The notes: generated by a model not told the origin, from the sequence alone. Positions 1-13,159 are shown, counted from the whole stretch's first letter. The stretch: DNA of 63,481 nucleotides, filler included, from Folioceros fuciformis (GCA_049999805.1; 5 parts of 5 records of this genome joined end to end with filler, not necessarily neighbours in it); one strand, 5' to 3'. Made by a program: numbers and translations.

Positions 1-982
1 CCACCCGCACCGGTACCCTGCTGTGCCCGCCATACCCGAGCCCCAAGCATCCATACTCATTCGAACCCCACATGTACAGGTCCCCGCTCCTGGAAACGGC
101 ACCCGTGTGATACCCACCACAGGCAACCTCCGCCATAGCCGAGCCTAAACCCAACACTGCCTTCGGACTCTGCTGGTCTCCATCCTCCCTCTGCCCAAGC
201 TGCGAGAACCTCCCCTGCCCGAAGGTGAACACCACGCCCTCCTCGTCCACGCACGCAGAATGCATCAGCCCGGCTGAGACCCGCACCGCCCTTCCCAGCC
301 CCGCGGCCTTCACCAGCCGCGGGCTCCAGGAGCTCCGCTTCTGGAACAGCCGGAAGATGGCCCGGTGGGCATGTGCATCCTGCCCGTGACCCAGCTGCCC
401 GCTCCGCCCGGATCCCCAGGCCAGCAGCTCCCCGGAGGCTGCGAGGCAGAGAGAGTGCTCCCCACCGAGCGCCACAGCCCGGATGTCCACGCCCACCAAG
501 CCATCGACCTTGGCAGGCCGCTCCAAAGCGGAAGGCGCCTTCGATCCCAGCCCCAGCTGCCCCTGCCCGTTCGCGCCCCAGACAAAAAGCTCACCGGCGT
601 CCGAGAGAGCCGCGGAGTGATGGCTACCTGCCGCCACCTGCATACAGCCCTCGGGCAGGCCTGGAACTCGGATCGGCGATGCCGAGAAGGGCACGTCCAG
701 GGAGACCCCGAGCTGCCCGCAGTCGTTCAGCCCGGTGGAGAAGACGGCGCCCTGGTCTGTGAGGATCAGGGTGTGCGCCCCCCCGCAGGCCACTGCCCGG
801 GGGCGGCAGTCCTCCAATTCCGAGCACACAGAAGGCTCCAGCCGCGAGCCTTGGTGCGACAGGCCTAACCGCCCGAAGTCGCCGTTCCCCCACAGCGCCA
901 CGACCCGATCGTGAATCGCTCGAAACGCGTCTAGAGACCTGAATCGTGGGATGGTGCGGGAGCGAAGATGGCGTGCGTGCAT
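1..982 (-). CDS. RUG3: RCC1-repeat protein, RUG3-like (mitochondrial group II intron splicing factor family); 3' end runs off the window
   Basis: Missing from the ORF track because it has no stop in the window. ATG at 982 opens an uninterrupted frame: MHARHLRSRTIPRFRSLDAFRAIHDRVVALWGNGDFGRLGL...AVACGGAHTLILTDQGAVFSTGLNDCGQLG...VALGGEHS...VSAGLMHSAC...EVACGGYHTGAVSRSGDLYMWGSNEYGCLG. The Arg-rich N-terminus resembles a mitochondrial presequence, and the motif order matches Arabidopsis RUG3 as recalled. Confidence 0.85.
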   Translation of the reverse strand, partial: MHARHLRSRTIPRFRSLDAFRAIHDRVVALWGNGDFGRLGLSHQGSRLEPSVCSELEDCRPRAVACGGAHTLILTDQGAVFSTGLNDCGQLGVSLDVPFSASPIRVPGLPEGCMQVAAGSHHSAALSDAGELFVWGANGQGQLGLGSKAPSALERPAKVDGLVGVDIRAVALGGEHSLCLAASGELLAWGSGRSGQLGHGQDAHAHRAIFRLFQKRSSWSPRLVKAAGLGRAVRVSAGLMHSACVDEEGVVFTFGQGRFSQLGQREDGDQQSPKAVLGLGSAMAEVACGGYHTGAVSRSGDLYMWGSNEYGCLGLGYGGHSRVPVRV

Positions 983-1839
983 CTCTGGAGACGAAGCCGG
1001 AGAGGGAGAGAGGAGGGAAGGGAAGAGGAGAAGCCATGTGTTGTGGACGACGGAAGGATCAAACGGGGTGGCGAGTTAACCAGTGAAAGGGTTAAAGGAA
1101 CCCCGGGCGTGGGTTAGTGGGCAGAGTTTTGTNNNNNNNNNNNNNNNNNNNNNNNNNNNNNNNNNNNNNNNNNNNNNNNNNNNNNNNNNNNNNNNNNNNN
1201 NNNNNNNNNNNNNNNNNNNNNNNNNNNNNNNNGGTGGAGGTGAAGGGAGTCGGGAGTTGGGAGCCGCGAGACGCGATTCTTTCTTGCTGCCGTGCCGCGT
1301 TTCCCTGCGCGCACTGGCTCGGGGTGGCCGGCCGGGAAACGATGGCGGCGGGCGGCGTGGGTAAAGTGTGATGGAGTAGAATTGCGCGTCTTTCCGCGGC
1401 CCGATCGACGCTTGCGGGTATGGAATTGCGGTGGTGTGGGAGATGGACGAACATGGTGGAAGGGATGGGGTTTAAGGGATGGAGTGGGAGGGAGGAAAGG
1501 AAGGCCAGGAGGGATAGTTTTGTGTGGCCGCAGCTAGGTTTGATGAAGTGTGGGGAGTGGGGTAGGTCGGTGGAGAAGGGTTTGGCGATGTGGTGTGAGT
1601 GAAGGAGGGAATTAGTTGTGGTTGAAGTTTGGGAAGGCCTGCAGGAGAGCAGTCGGGTTTGGGATTGAGTATGCAGTGACGGAGGGGCAGAGGGAGGGAA
1701 TGGCTGCTATAGGGTTTCAGTTTTTTTGGTGGGAGAGATTGGATGGATGTTTTGCCTTGCTCTAGAGTCGTCGGAAGGTGATTTGTGGTGTTGTGTGTGG
1801 GTCGCGCCTGTGGCAGTATTGCTCAGCTGAAGCTCCAGG

Positions 1840-4800
1840 ATGGGAGTCAAGTCAGGGCCACGGCAAAATGGAGATGGACCGGAGTCCTCGGCCGGGCACC
1901 ATGAGTCGGCTTCAGGGTCTGGAGCGCCAGCTGCGGGCTCTAGAGCTTTGGAGAGAAGTGGTTCACGGCGGAAAGGGATGGAGAAGAGCATTTTGGATGA
2001 TATTATGGGGGACCCTGATGATTTCAAGGACTTTGCAGGCTCCGATGCAGGGTCGGAAAGTGATGGGGGACGATGGGAAGATGCAGTTAGAGCGGCGTAA
2101 GTGAATGAGGCTCCTTTGCCACGCCGATGATGCTATTATGCGTTGCCCACTTTGGCTCCGGATGTCCTCATTCGATGTAGACTACGTGTATGATATGGTG
2201 GTGACTACAAGTCTCAGTTCTTGCTGTTATTCAGACATTTTGTATGCCGGACAGACCTCTCGTAGGTTACACCCATGTCCGCTCTAAGATTTGTAACGGT
2301 CGTGGCAATCCAGTTTTGAGAGTGGGTTGACCCTCTGTTTTGGGTGGGATAGGCTCTCTCTCTGTTCTTGATACAGAGGATGGATTACGCACTGTTATGG
2401 ATTTTTTCAAATTTGGTCCTGACGATGTTTAAAAGTGTCTCCACAGGACAAACATGGGGTAGGCCAGACTTTACTGTGACATCGTTGAGATTTGCTGATG
2501 GTTGCGGAAGGAACTTAACTTTTTTTTTTTTTTAGCTTCATCCAGATAAAAGGAAACCATGTCTTTCTTTCTCCTGGGTCTTGGTTCTTACATGACTCCA
2601 TATTGACGAATGGGCCTTAGATAGGATGTTGATTGGTTAGGTTTAAACTTGTGTGCTTCAGTCCCATTTTCCTGTTTCCTTTGGAAATGGGATTTGTGGT
2701 CTGTGTCTCACCAACGGTTCTGCCAACAGACCATGCTAGCTGTTAGGCGTGGCCATCATTCGGACATAGGGTTGCATCATGACTTCCCGTATCTACCTAA
2801 GTTGCACATTTGTCCTTCAAGAGAGTTCATGACTTCCTGCAAGTGCACCTAAATTACTCCATCTCTGATTTCTAGTTGTTTAGAAGGCTCAAAGTAGCCC
2901 AGATTGTGACATGTGAGAATCTGGACCCATGTTTTGGTTGTTACACAGGGGCAGCCCATGAAGGTTATTGTAGGGTTCGAATTGGATCACCACCGTTGAA
3001 TGCAAAGCATGATGTCAGGACTGGCTTTAAATGTTTTTTGAGCGTCCTGGCAGAAGCGGATTAAATTGATTGGTGGTGTGTTGTCTTGTGATTTAAGAGT
3101 GCTGTGGTTTTTGGTAGGCCTAGGAAATGGAAGTTGTCATGGGTTTTAGGTGTAGTTCCCTTTGAATGATGCAGTCTGTGTTTTGGCAACTTCTTTGTCC
3201 AACATTAATTCTGGACTCGGCAGTCTTAAGAATGAGGATGCTGCGATAGGAGAACGTCGTAAGGAGCAATCGGGAACTGAGGTACAGCTGTCTTCTCACC
3301 ACACCACTCTTATTCCTCTGCGTGCCTACAGGACGTTGGTCACTGCAGTCTGAGAATGTATTGTTTGGTCTGTCAGGCAACAGCATCTTAGCATTGAACG
3401 TGTGTGTGAGGACACCTCCTTCGTGCCGTACAGGAGTCTCAGACCAGTGTGTTACATGCTTCTTTTCTTGTAAATTTGCAGAACAGGACCAAGTCCTCTG
3501 CAGAGAGGGGATCGAAGAAGGTTGAAGCCTCCTCTGATCGCTTGCCTAAAGATGGATCACATGCGCCAAGCTCCTCTTCTGGAGATCATGGTTAGCACTG
3601 AAGTCATTTCACCAACTTTTGGAACTGTTCTTCATCGCTGTGATGCAGATTCTCGTCAAGATAGAGCTGATCGTGTGGTTCTGAAGGTCTTCTCAACGGG
3701 AGGCACAGTCCACGGGCCAATCATGGGAGGGGTTCGTATGGTCCATCAGCAAATGGGCCTTTGGGGCGTCGCAAAGAGTACGAGAGAAGATATTTTATCA
3801 TCAAGAGCTTGAATCATCATAATATCGCCAAGTCCATTGAAAATGGAATTTGGGCCACACAGGCTATGAACGAACCCGTCTTGAATGAAGCATTTGAGGT
3901 GTGTTGGCTATAAGTTTTCTGTGTAACCTTTGTAATAGACCTTAGTTTTGCGTTCAGTCTCGGCAAGTTGTGCATTGATGAAGGTCTTTGGTGTTGTGTA
4001 GACGGCCAACAGAGTTATTCTGGTGTTTAGTGTCAACATGAGCGGCCACTTTCAAGGCTATGCACAAATGGTGTCTCCTATAGGTCGGAGAAGGGCAAAT
4101 GTCTGGAGTGAAGCCAATGATGGTGCTAATCCTTGGGGCGGATCCTTCAGTGTTGAATGGCTGCGCCTGTATGACTTGCCATTCCTGAAGACTGTTCACC
4201 TGAAGAACCCTTTGAACTGCATGAAGCCAGTCAAAATTAGTCGAGATTGTCAGGTATGAGCACATGATTGTGACTTTGATTTTGTTCATTAGTACTGTCA
4301 TTTGCATGGGGCTGATAGATCTTGCTATGCAGGAGCTGACAGAGGAATTGGGTGATGCCCTGTGTGCTTTGATTGATGAAGGGGCTGATCGAGAGGGAAG
4401 GCCTAAGAGGTGCGCAGCTAACTCCCGTCCTGGTCACGGTGATTGAGTTCCACTCGATGTCTAGCTTGAAGCTTGTAATTAACCTTTGGATGTGATCGGA
4501 GCAGAAAACTCGATGGCCCAGAAACGAACGTCCAAGGAACGAAAAGAGCTTTTTTGGAGCCGATGGGAGGACACCCAGATATGCCTCACAGACCCAGATT
4601 GCCACCACCAACTGGTCCCGGCGTACGCTTGCCCATGATGTATGGTGGCCCACCCCTTCCTCCTGGGGTGTCTCACGATCCTTATATGCTCCCAGGATCG
4701 GTGAACAGGCCAATGAATAACCATGCAAGTAAATCACTCCTCCCGGAGCCAGTGAGGATATCAAAATTAAGGTCGCCACTTCCCACGTCTTCAGGGAAAG

Positions 4801-5725
4801 CTGAGGAACGCGAAAGGGATAGAGACCAGGATCGGGAGCAGGAAAAGTCCAGATCTCTGGAGAGGAGTGGGGACAAGGGTACATCCCGAAACGGAAATGG
4901 CAGTAAAGTTGCCGGTGATGACGACTTGCTGGACATGGTATGTAGAAACGGCAAGACCCTGGCTACGGTCCTACTGTTTGTCACCCACGTCGAACCCTGG
5001 AAGTAATAGGGGTCGCGTTTCGACATGCATGTCAATTGGACTGAGTTGTCTTAACTCCCTCCCTTAACGTCTCATGTGTCTGCTGTGTAGACCTATGAGG
5101 AATATCTTCAGCGACATGGCCATGCAAGGGACTATGGTGGTTACCAACAGGTGAGGAATGCACGGCGTCGTAATCCGACACCAGAGCAAGGCGTTTGGTT
5201 TAATGTCAACTAAATCGGGATGCTCGCTCATGGGTTTGTGCTATCCAAACGCAGACTGAAATCAGGGGAGCTTTCTAATTTCTGGTTTTGCAGGGTGGTC
5301 GGTTTCCGGGTTACCCTCCTGCTGGGGCATACGGTCGAGGATGGATGGGTGGTGGTCCTAGAATGAACTATACTGATGACCAGTAAGTACTGTGCTGGCC
5401 AGTCAGCTTCAAAAATTTCTGCACCGTTTGGCCTTTTCGCAACGCGTTCCCATCCATTCATGTGTACGACTTGTGCTGGATCAGATATGTGAACTACATT
5501 GCGAACTGGTATGGAAGGCCAGGGCCCATGATGGGTGGGGAAGGGTTCTATGGAAATCTCAGCATGGGCTTCCCAGGAATGCGCGGCGTGGATCCCTATT
5601 GGCATGGTAAACCAGATGACATGCCTCCACCAAGGCGAGTCCCACGAGCTTCAGAGGGCAAATCGTGTGGTAGTGGTGGACCTATGGAGAAAAGTGTTCG
5701 AGCTCCCCAACAGCAGCACGGATGA
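1840..5725 (+). CDS. YTH-domain m6A reader, YTHDC/ECT12-like, 10 exons, ~595 aa
   Basis: Phase-consistent GT-AG exons: 1840-2096, 3224-3281, 3482-3590, 3687-3898, 4002-4253, 4333-4409, 4505-4937, 5091-5150, 5294-5382, 5485-5725. YTH domain reads RYFIIKSLNHHNIAKSIENGIWATQAMNEPVLNEAFE/TANRVILVFSVNMSGHFQGYAQM...NVWS...NPWGGSFSVEWL...HLKNPLNCMKPVKISRDCQ/EL. The first two exons are less certain. Confidence 0.88.
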
Positions 5726-7938
5726 CGGCTCCAAGTTTCGGGATTAGTGTAATTATTTGTAGGGAACTGGGAAGCAAGGTAGCGATGCTCTTGTCTGCTC
5801 ATTGTTTCTGGCAGTGAACTTGTATATTTTAGTTCTGGTCGTCGGCAGGTTCTAGTAGGTACTAATTAGAGAGATCCTTTCCTTCCCTCCAATTTTTAGG
5901 CTTGAGACGCGAAGCTTCTTGGGATAGATTTTTGTCCGACTAGATTGCAATGGTTACCCTAGAAGGCAAGAGGATTGTGCCCACTAGAATGCTTCATCTC
6001 CCAGTCATCTCATGCAGTGCATGCTTCACTTCACTGCACATGATTCTGTAGTTTTAATTTTCTGAAGCTCTTGGGTACACGTGGATGGCTGACTCGAGTG
6101 TACATTAGATTAGACTGGACATTATTGATTTTGACTCATCATTGTTTACTTCGGAGCTTGTGGACTGGACTGGGTACAAGATGGATGCTCGTTCTTTCGG
6201 GTCGAGTTGCCAAGCTTTCAAAGCTTGGCCTGCAGATGGCCCTCATGCACGAGATTGCATTGTACATTTTGAGAGAGCACTTGCTTGTGCCTTGTCAGCG
6301 CGACGATGTACTGTATGTTCCTCAGGCTGTAATTAATCAGTGCATGTTTATCACATCTCGTACCGTATTTCCATTTTGTTCTAACAGGGCTGCTGCCTGA
6401 TGCTGATAATGTTTCTTCCTGTCCTACAAAAGGTTGTCACTTCATGGCTGTAGCAAGGTCCCTTGCTATAATAAGAAACAGCTTGACGTACGCATGGTCA
6501 CAATTCTGTGGAAATGAAGCTGCTTCCTGTTAGATCCATCGCGACCGTGTGAAGAAGACGATGTCTCCTGCAGAGCCAGTGGAGATCGTGACAAGAATCA
6601 CCCCCGTGCTGGTCTGAAGGCTGACAGGAGAGGGCCTGGCTCTCTCGGATGCACGGCGAGTCTACTGTCTTCACCAGACTGAGCTGTTAGCAGCCGTAAC
6701 TGCCGTAGGAAGCAAAGCCGTTGTTGTGGGGAAGAAAGCTGTGAGATTGATTCCGACTGTGCGAGGACGACCGTCACGTTAGAATTTGGCCTGAGGGATG
6801 GAGTTGCTGGTGACTGCCGATGGGACAAGAATTTTCACTGCACTCCACATGACTTGGAAGGCCTTCCAGGCGCCTGGCGACGGACACGCATGAGTCACAG
6901 ACAAGCGAGGCAGCCTTACGGCGACTCCTTTGAACAGCAGCAGGCCAGCAAGCCTGTGCGATGATCGACCGTCTGTAACACGCGGAGCCTCGCCCCTCGT
7001 GAACTTTCTTTGTCGTCATGGTCACAGGTTGGCCCTTTCTGCCCAAAACCGTCTGGTTGGTGGAAAGCACTTCCGTCCATACCCACTGTACTTTGGTAAC
7101 CAGCTATGGCTGCTTCAATCACCCTTACAGTTCATGCCTGGCTGGTGTCACTCCTTCCATGCTAACCACCTAGCTCAGGACTGCATGATCACGCCGAATT
7201 TATAACAACAAATTGGGAGTGAAAAGGTTGGTAACTAGGTACCTGCCAGTGAATTGCAGGCAAAAGGACACGTCCATGCCTTATGGAGCACCTGCCTGGA
7301 GGCCTTCCTCTCCAAGGAAGATCTACGCTGTGTGTGGGCATCATTCATGTCGGTAGGCTGTGGTGGGAAACATTTACCTACTCTGGACAGAGACCTCTCA
7401 CCCTTTCTCTGTCTCCTACTGTGCACCTTTCTGACCATCTAAGACGGGTCCCATCGACGTCAACCTCGTGTTTGGGATGAGGTTTAGAAGCTGGGTGGGT
7501 TACTACTGGCGGTGCCCTTCTACTCTTTCTTACATTCTCCCGCACTCTGAAGAACTGATGCATACGGTACCAGGGGATTTCTGGATCCACATCTCTCTTC
7601 CCCTCTCTCCCCCCGTGCATTCATGAGCCATGAGGCTTTTGCTGTCAAGATTCCAATCCACTCTGACTGCACATACCTAGTCCTCACCGCATAAATGCAC
7701 AGGAGCATGTATCATTCTCCACGGCTCCAAGCTCCTAGCTCCACTTCCCGCACAGTCCTTTCGTCCCCCGAGCTCTATATCACACTTCGTGAAGCGAGGT
7801 GCAGTCTCATTGCAAGCACCCGCTATTGATTGCTAGACCCGCTCAGCTTGCGTTCTGCTCCTGCAGCAGGTCCGGCTGCACTGACACTCATCCGACTCCC
7901 TCACAGCTCGACGATTACTGTGGGCAGTTGCCTAAAAA

Positions 7939-9465
7939 ATGGCACATGTTGAGATTCTGCCTCTCCTTTCCGTGCTGGTCACCTTCTTGATGCTCAGAGT
8001 GGATGCCTCATATACTCCATCGCCATCATCGTCTTCCAGTCGACCTCCAGCGTTCTTCATATTTGGAGACTCGACAGTGGACACTGGAAATCAGAACTTC
8101 CTCACCAGCGTGGTCAAATCCAACTTCCCGCCGTATGGCCGGGATCTTGTTCCTCCTGGTCCCACTGGTCGTTTTTCCAATGGCAAGCTAGCGAATGACT
8201 ACATCGGTCAGTTCTTCACTGCCCATGAGTAGCCCGCAACCTGGCTTGCAAACACATTCCAGTGAAGCATCGCATTTGTACGTTTCGCAGCGACCGTAAC
8301 AATCTGTTCCATCCTGACGTGACGGTCTTGCTTCTCTGCGCAGCTGAGTTTTTGGGTCTTCCATCGCCTCCGAACTCCTTGGATCCTCGAACGAGAGGAA
8401 CCAAGGTCCTCAAAGGAGTTAACTTCGCATCTTCCGGTTCAGGATACCTCAACATCACCGGAGTCGTGTTTGTAAGCCCAATCGCATTTGCAGATCAGAG
8501 TGTCAAATGTTTTGCAGCCTCGCGTGGGTTTGGCCGATTCGCCGACTCAGACTTCCGCTCATGTTCAGGGAGTCGTCACCCTGCAGCAACAGCTGAAGAG
8601 ATTTAATCGCTTGCAATCCGAAATCACCTCAATCATCGGTCCTGCCAAGACAGCAAAGCTAACTGGTGACGCCTTCTACCTGATCAGCACAGGCAGCAAC
8701 GACTTCATCAATAGCTACAACGTCAATCCTGTTCTACAGGCGGCCTACAATCCCGAGCAGTACCGGAATCTCCTTCTATCCGCCATTTCGGCGTTTATCA
8801 CGGTAAAGAATATTAAATCGCAGATGCCTCCCTCTCACTGCCACTCAGGGAAGAATGCTCATGGAACTGATTTTGCGTGTTTTGGTTCGGCAGGATCTGT
8901 ACCACAGCGGGGCTCGGCACATCGGAATTGACTCACTGGCACCACTAGGATGCGCTCCTCAGCAGGTTTTCTATTTTGGAGAAGGAAAATGTGCCGATAA
9001 AGTGAATGCCCCTGTTGTTGCATTCAACAAAGGACTGCGGCTGGCGCTGGAGCGATTGAGGTCTTCCCTTCCTGGTATTCACCTGCTATACAGCAACGTG
9101 TACGACGTTCTTCTCGGAGCTCTTCAAGATCCTGCTGCTTTCGGTAAGGACAAACGCTAGTCAATGCTTCAGTTTCGCATGTCCAGCTGACAAAGGAAGC
9201 TCCCCTGATAACCAACTGAACCGTCATCTTCTGCCCAGGGTTTAAGCATTCCACAGATGCTTGTTGTGGGTTGGGAAACAACGGCGGGGCAGGGCCATGC
9301 TCCACCCTCGGTGATGTCTGCAAAGATGCCGACGACTACATCTTCTGGGACTTGTTCCACCCCAGCCAGGCAATGTACAAGATAATAGCTGATGGAGTTA
9401 TCTCCGGATCAGAGGACATAATTTACCCAACAAATCTAAAGACGTTATTCCAGGAAAAATCTTGA
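7939..9465 (+). CDS. GDSL esterase/lipase (SGNH), secreted, 5 exons, ~368 aa
   Basis: Exons 7939-8206, 8344-8471, 8569-8802, 8894-9143, 9239-9465. Signal peptide followed by FIFGDSTVDTGN, PTGRFSNG, GVNFASSGSG, GSNDF and the catalytic FWDLFHPS. Confidence 0.95.
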
Positions 9466-9981
9466 AAGGGGAGCCTCTCCAATGTGCAGCTCCCAACGCA
9501 CTCGAATTTTGTGTTACCCCGCTCGACGTCACCACCTTCCGAGCAGTTCTAACTTTCCTGCATTTGCATTTGGCCAGAGTAAACGCTTGACTGTGTCACT
9601 TCCACTGTCGTCCAGCAGCCAAATCCTAGGACATGTCAATATCATGGGAGCTTCCCATTTCCATGTTGTTTTATCTTCCTTTCAACTCCTCAAACTCACT
9701 TGCCAAGACTACCGACGCGTCTAGAACACGGTTGCAACGAGAATACGTCACTTACATGGATTAAACATACTGTTAGGCTCCTCATTGAGAGAAAGTATTC
9801 TGGATCTCGACCACTTCTTGCTCTTCACATAGATTCTGTTTCATAAATAACTGTGCAAGTGAGCAATAACTTTGTGAACTGTGCAGTCTGAAGATGCTAG
9901 AAGGGAGGGGAGGTACCTTTTTGCACTGCTGCCATGCCGGCAAGTTGCTACCCCCTCAGCTGGTCATCGGGCATTGAGTTT

Positions 9982-12351
9982 CTAAGAAGCAAATAGTGTC
10001 ACCTGATTGATCTCCCGAGCAATGCCTGCCATTTCTGGCGTATCTTCCATCTTGCGAAGCAGCTCGTCAATGATGCTAATCGTTCTTGCATCTGGAACAC
10101 ATCCCACACCTTGCATCTGATGCAAAAGCCGCAGCGAACTAGCACAATCTGCCTCTTTCATGTACCCAACCAGTAGAGAATTGAAAGTGAGCACGTCTGG
10201 GCTGCATCCATCGGTTGCCATTGATTCAAATAGCTGAACTGCCTTATCCATGTCTCCACTCCTAACGAGCACGTCAATCATTGTGTTGTAGGTGATAACA
10301 TCTCTCTGGATTTTCCTCCTTCTCATTTCTCCAAAAAGAACACCAGCCTCACGCACACTGCCGAGTTTGCCCAGAACACCAATGATGATGTTGTAGCTCA
10401 CTACATTCGGCTCCACCCCTTTTGTGGCTTCCATAATCTCAAATAGACAACAAGCTTTTCCACCCTCTCCATTCTTGCTCAGACCACCAATCAGAGTGTT
10501 GAAGCTGATGATATCTGGGTTACAGCCCGATCTCTTCATTTCTTCCCACAGTTCAAAAGCTCTCTCAATATCACCCACTTTGCACAGAGCTTTTAAAAGA
10601 GAGTTATACACTACAAGATTAACCTCTGCTTGCTGTTGGTCGCCATTACAGAGCTTCATCTCTTGGAACAAGCTGTACGCTTCATTGAGACGTCCCTCCT
10701 TGCCAAGACAATCGATAAGCGTAGAGTAAGTAACAGCAGTCGGCATTGCCTGCTTCAGCTTCATTTCTTCGAAGAGATGGAGAGCCAGATCAAACTTCCT
10801 TGCTTTTGCAAGGCCACAGGTGAGTGTGTTGTATGCGACCGGGTCATGTTTCCACCCTTTGTTCTTCAAATCAACAAAAAGGAGGTGAGAATCCTGCACC
10901 TGCCCAGAATCACAGTAAGCCTTCATGATAATATTGTATGTGATGAAATCAGGAGGCAACCCAAATTCCTCCATCTCAGCGAACAGACCTAAAGCATCTT
11001 GCAATTGGCCTGCCTTTGCCAGCGCATCAATCAACGTGTTGTATGCACTTGCATTCAGTCTCACTCCTCTCTCCTTCAAAACTGCAAAAACCTTCAAAGC
11101 ACCCTTGGTGAAACCTGCTTTGGTGAGTCCAGCAAGAACTATGGTAGAGGTGTACACATCCGGAGCGCATCCTGTACTAGTCATGTGATTGAAGAGCTCA
11201 GATGCCTCGTCTGCCTTCCCCGTCTTACAAAGCCCATCCATCAGAGTATTGTACGTTGTTGCATCTGGGGATACATTCATCTCCTTCATCTCTTCCAGCA
11301 ATGCCAGCGCCTTATCCATTTCACCGGCTTTCCCAAACCCGTTACAGAGGATATTATAGGCCCTAGTATTTGGACGCACCCCCTCCTTCTTCATAGCCGT
11401 GAAAACACGGGATGCTTTGTCCATTCTCCCAACCTTGGCCAACCCTTGCATTAGCACTGAGGTGGAGTATACATCCAGTGTGTAGCCACATTTCTTAGTC
11501 TCCCTCCACAGCTTCAGAGCCTTGTCCAATTCATTCCCTCTAGCAAACCCACAAATTAGAGCACCATAAGTCAACTCGTTTGGAACAAGACCCTCTCTTA
11601 GCATCTCCCTGTAGGTATCCCAAGCTTCGTCAATTTCCCCGCTCTTCGCGAGACTTGATATGACACATGTGTAGGTGTACGCATTCCTATCACATCCATC
11701 CTGCACCAATTGCCTATACACCTGGTGCACACCTTCATGATCCTCCGCCTTTGCAAACAGATTAAGCAGACAGTTGTAGATACCCCTATTAGGTTTCCAC
11801 CTAAACTTCTCCAACCAGTTGAAAACAACCTTGCACTCCTCCAATCTGGCGTGACCACAGCTAGCAAAAATCGTCGTCCACGTGGCAGTAGTGATGGGAC
11901 ACCCCTCCATTTCCATACTATTCAACACCTTCCAGATCTCGGACAGAGGAGTCACATTAAGCAGCAGAGCATTGTAGGTGAGGGTGTTGTGGCTGAAACC
12001 TCTTTCCTTTGCAACCCAGTCGAAGAACCTCCGTGCCTGAACTCCATCCTCAATGTTCCTCAAAAACTCGCTCACAATCACAGGCTCGAGGGAGTCATGC
12101 TGCAACTCCGATAAAGCTCTCTGTACTCCTGAATCCCATCTGCCCGTTCTCAAAGCAGCAAGTACTTTAGCAGAGGTTAATCCAGAAAAGGTGACACTCG
12201 CATTGGCCTCCAACCTCCTGCTGCTCAAACTGCGACCTTGTGAGCCCCGTAAAACGAACCTTCGTGCAACAAATTGTGAAGCAGACTGCTCAGCCCTGGC
12301 CAACGACCCCAGTATCCAACTCGGCAAGCTACGTCCGAAGAATTTGTCCAT
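9982..12351 (-). CDS. P-class pentatricopeptide repeat protein, 789 aa, intronless, probably organelle-targeted
   Basis: Long run of tandem 35-aa repeats (e.g. TYNTLMDGLCKTGKADEASELFNHMTSTGCAPDVY). No E or DYW domain. Arg/Ser-rich N-terminus. Confidence 0.95.
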   Translation of the reverse strand: MDKFFGRSLPSWILGSLARAEQSASQFVARRFVLRGSQGRSLSSRRLEANASVTFSGLTSAKVLAALRTGRWDSGVQRALSELQHDSLEPVIVSEFLRNIEDGVQARRFFDWVAKERGFSHNTLTYNALLLNVTPLSEIWKVLNSMEMEGCPITTATWTTIFASCGHARLEECKVVFNWLEKFRWKPNRGIYNCLLNLFAKAEDHEGVHQVYRQLVQDGCDRNAYTYTCVISSLAKSGEIDEAWDTYREMLREGLVPNELTYGALICGFARGNELDKALKLWRETKKCGYTLDVYSTSVLMQGLAKVGRMDKASRVFTAMKKEGVRPNTRAYNILCNGFGKAGEMDKALALLEEMKEMNVSPDATTYNTLMDGLCKTGKADEASELFNHMTSTGCAPDVYTSTIVLAGLTKAGFTKGALKVFAVLKERGVRLNASAYNTLIDALAKAGQLQDALGLFAEMEEFGLPPDFITYNIIMKAYCDSGQVQDSHLLFVDLKNKGWKHDPVAYNTLTCGLAKARKFDLALHLFEEMKLKQAMPTAVTYSTLIDCLGKEGRLNEAYSLFQEMKLCNGDQQQAEVNLVVYNSLLKALCKVGDIERAFELWEEMKRSGCNPDIISFNTLIGGLSKNGEGGKACCLFEIMEATKGVEPNVVSYNIIIGVLGKLGSVREAGVLFGEMRRRKIQRDVITYNTMIDVLVRSGDMDKAVQLFESMATDGCSPDVLTFNSLLVGYMKEADCASSLRLLHQMQGVGCVPDARTISIIDELLRKMEDTPEMAGIAREINQVTLFAS

Positions 12352-13159
12352 GAGTTAGAAAAACCTGTCCATCACATGTATTGAGCTGTCTCCATCGGAC
12401 CCTCGAGTTTCTTCCACAGGACTTGGTCAATCATGTCCGTCGTGCAAGTACCCATAGCCCTTCAGCTGCCCCTGCATCGCATCGCCAACAGCGTATGGTC
12501 CGATGACTAAAGGTATGAGAGTTCCTTTCCTTCCTGCCCCACATTGCTGCAAAGCAATCTCATGTCAAAGTTAAAATTTATATTTTAACTTGAAATTCCA
12601 AGAAGTTTATATTTTAATGTATTGGTATAAAATTTGTGAATTGTGTAGATTCATAATATTTAAGCACCTGCGGATTAGCAACCCATAAGGAGGCATACTT
12701 AAACTCTAGTACTAAAAAACATTAAATACAGACTAAATATTATATAAAATATAATCAAATCAACAAAAATAATTTTATATTATCAAAAATAAACACAAAA
12801 TGATTACTCTCTACCAAATCAAGATATTCTTGTTCTAATATCTTGGATAACATAATTGAAACCTATCAAGTATTACATAGCATATGATGATGTACACCTC
12901 ATATTTTATGCAATAATTAAATCACGCTATACGATTGGAGTTCATAGTCTATATGCACTACATATTTGTTTATATGGTATCATGAGTAACAAAGGTCTCT
13001 CATGACTAACACAAATGAACCCTTTCTATTATTGTACAACATGATGATGCTTAACATATGAAACCTTTTTACTACATCTTGATCCATGTTCACAGTCAAT
13101 CTTTCCTACTTATATAGTTATACAGTCAATCATAAGTAAACAAACATAAAAAGGTAAAC

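Noticed and set aside
57-1037. ORF-track proteins in the first kilobase, including the transit-peptide-like 624-1037 ORF
   Set aside because: They are shadow frames of the GC-rich RUG3-like CDS, which starts at 982 in another frame.
6000-7900. Short ORFs between the YTH and GDSL genes (likewise 41000-43700)
   Set aside because: No recognisable domain or consistent exon chain. They may be intergenic sequence or decayed gene remnants, which cannot be settled without a search.
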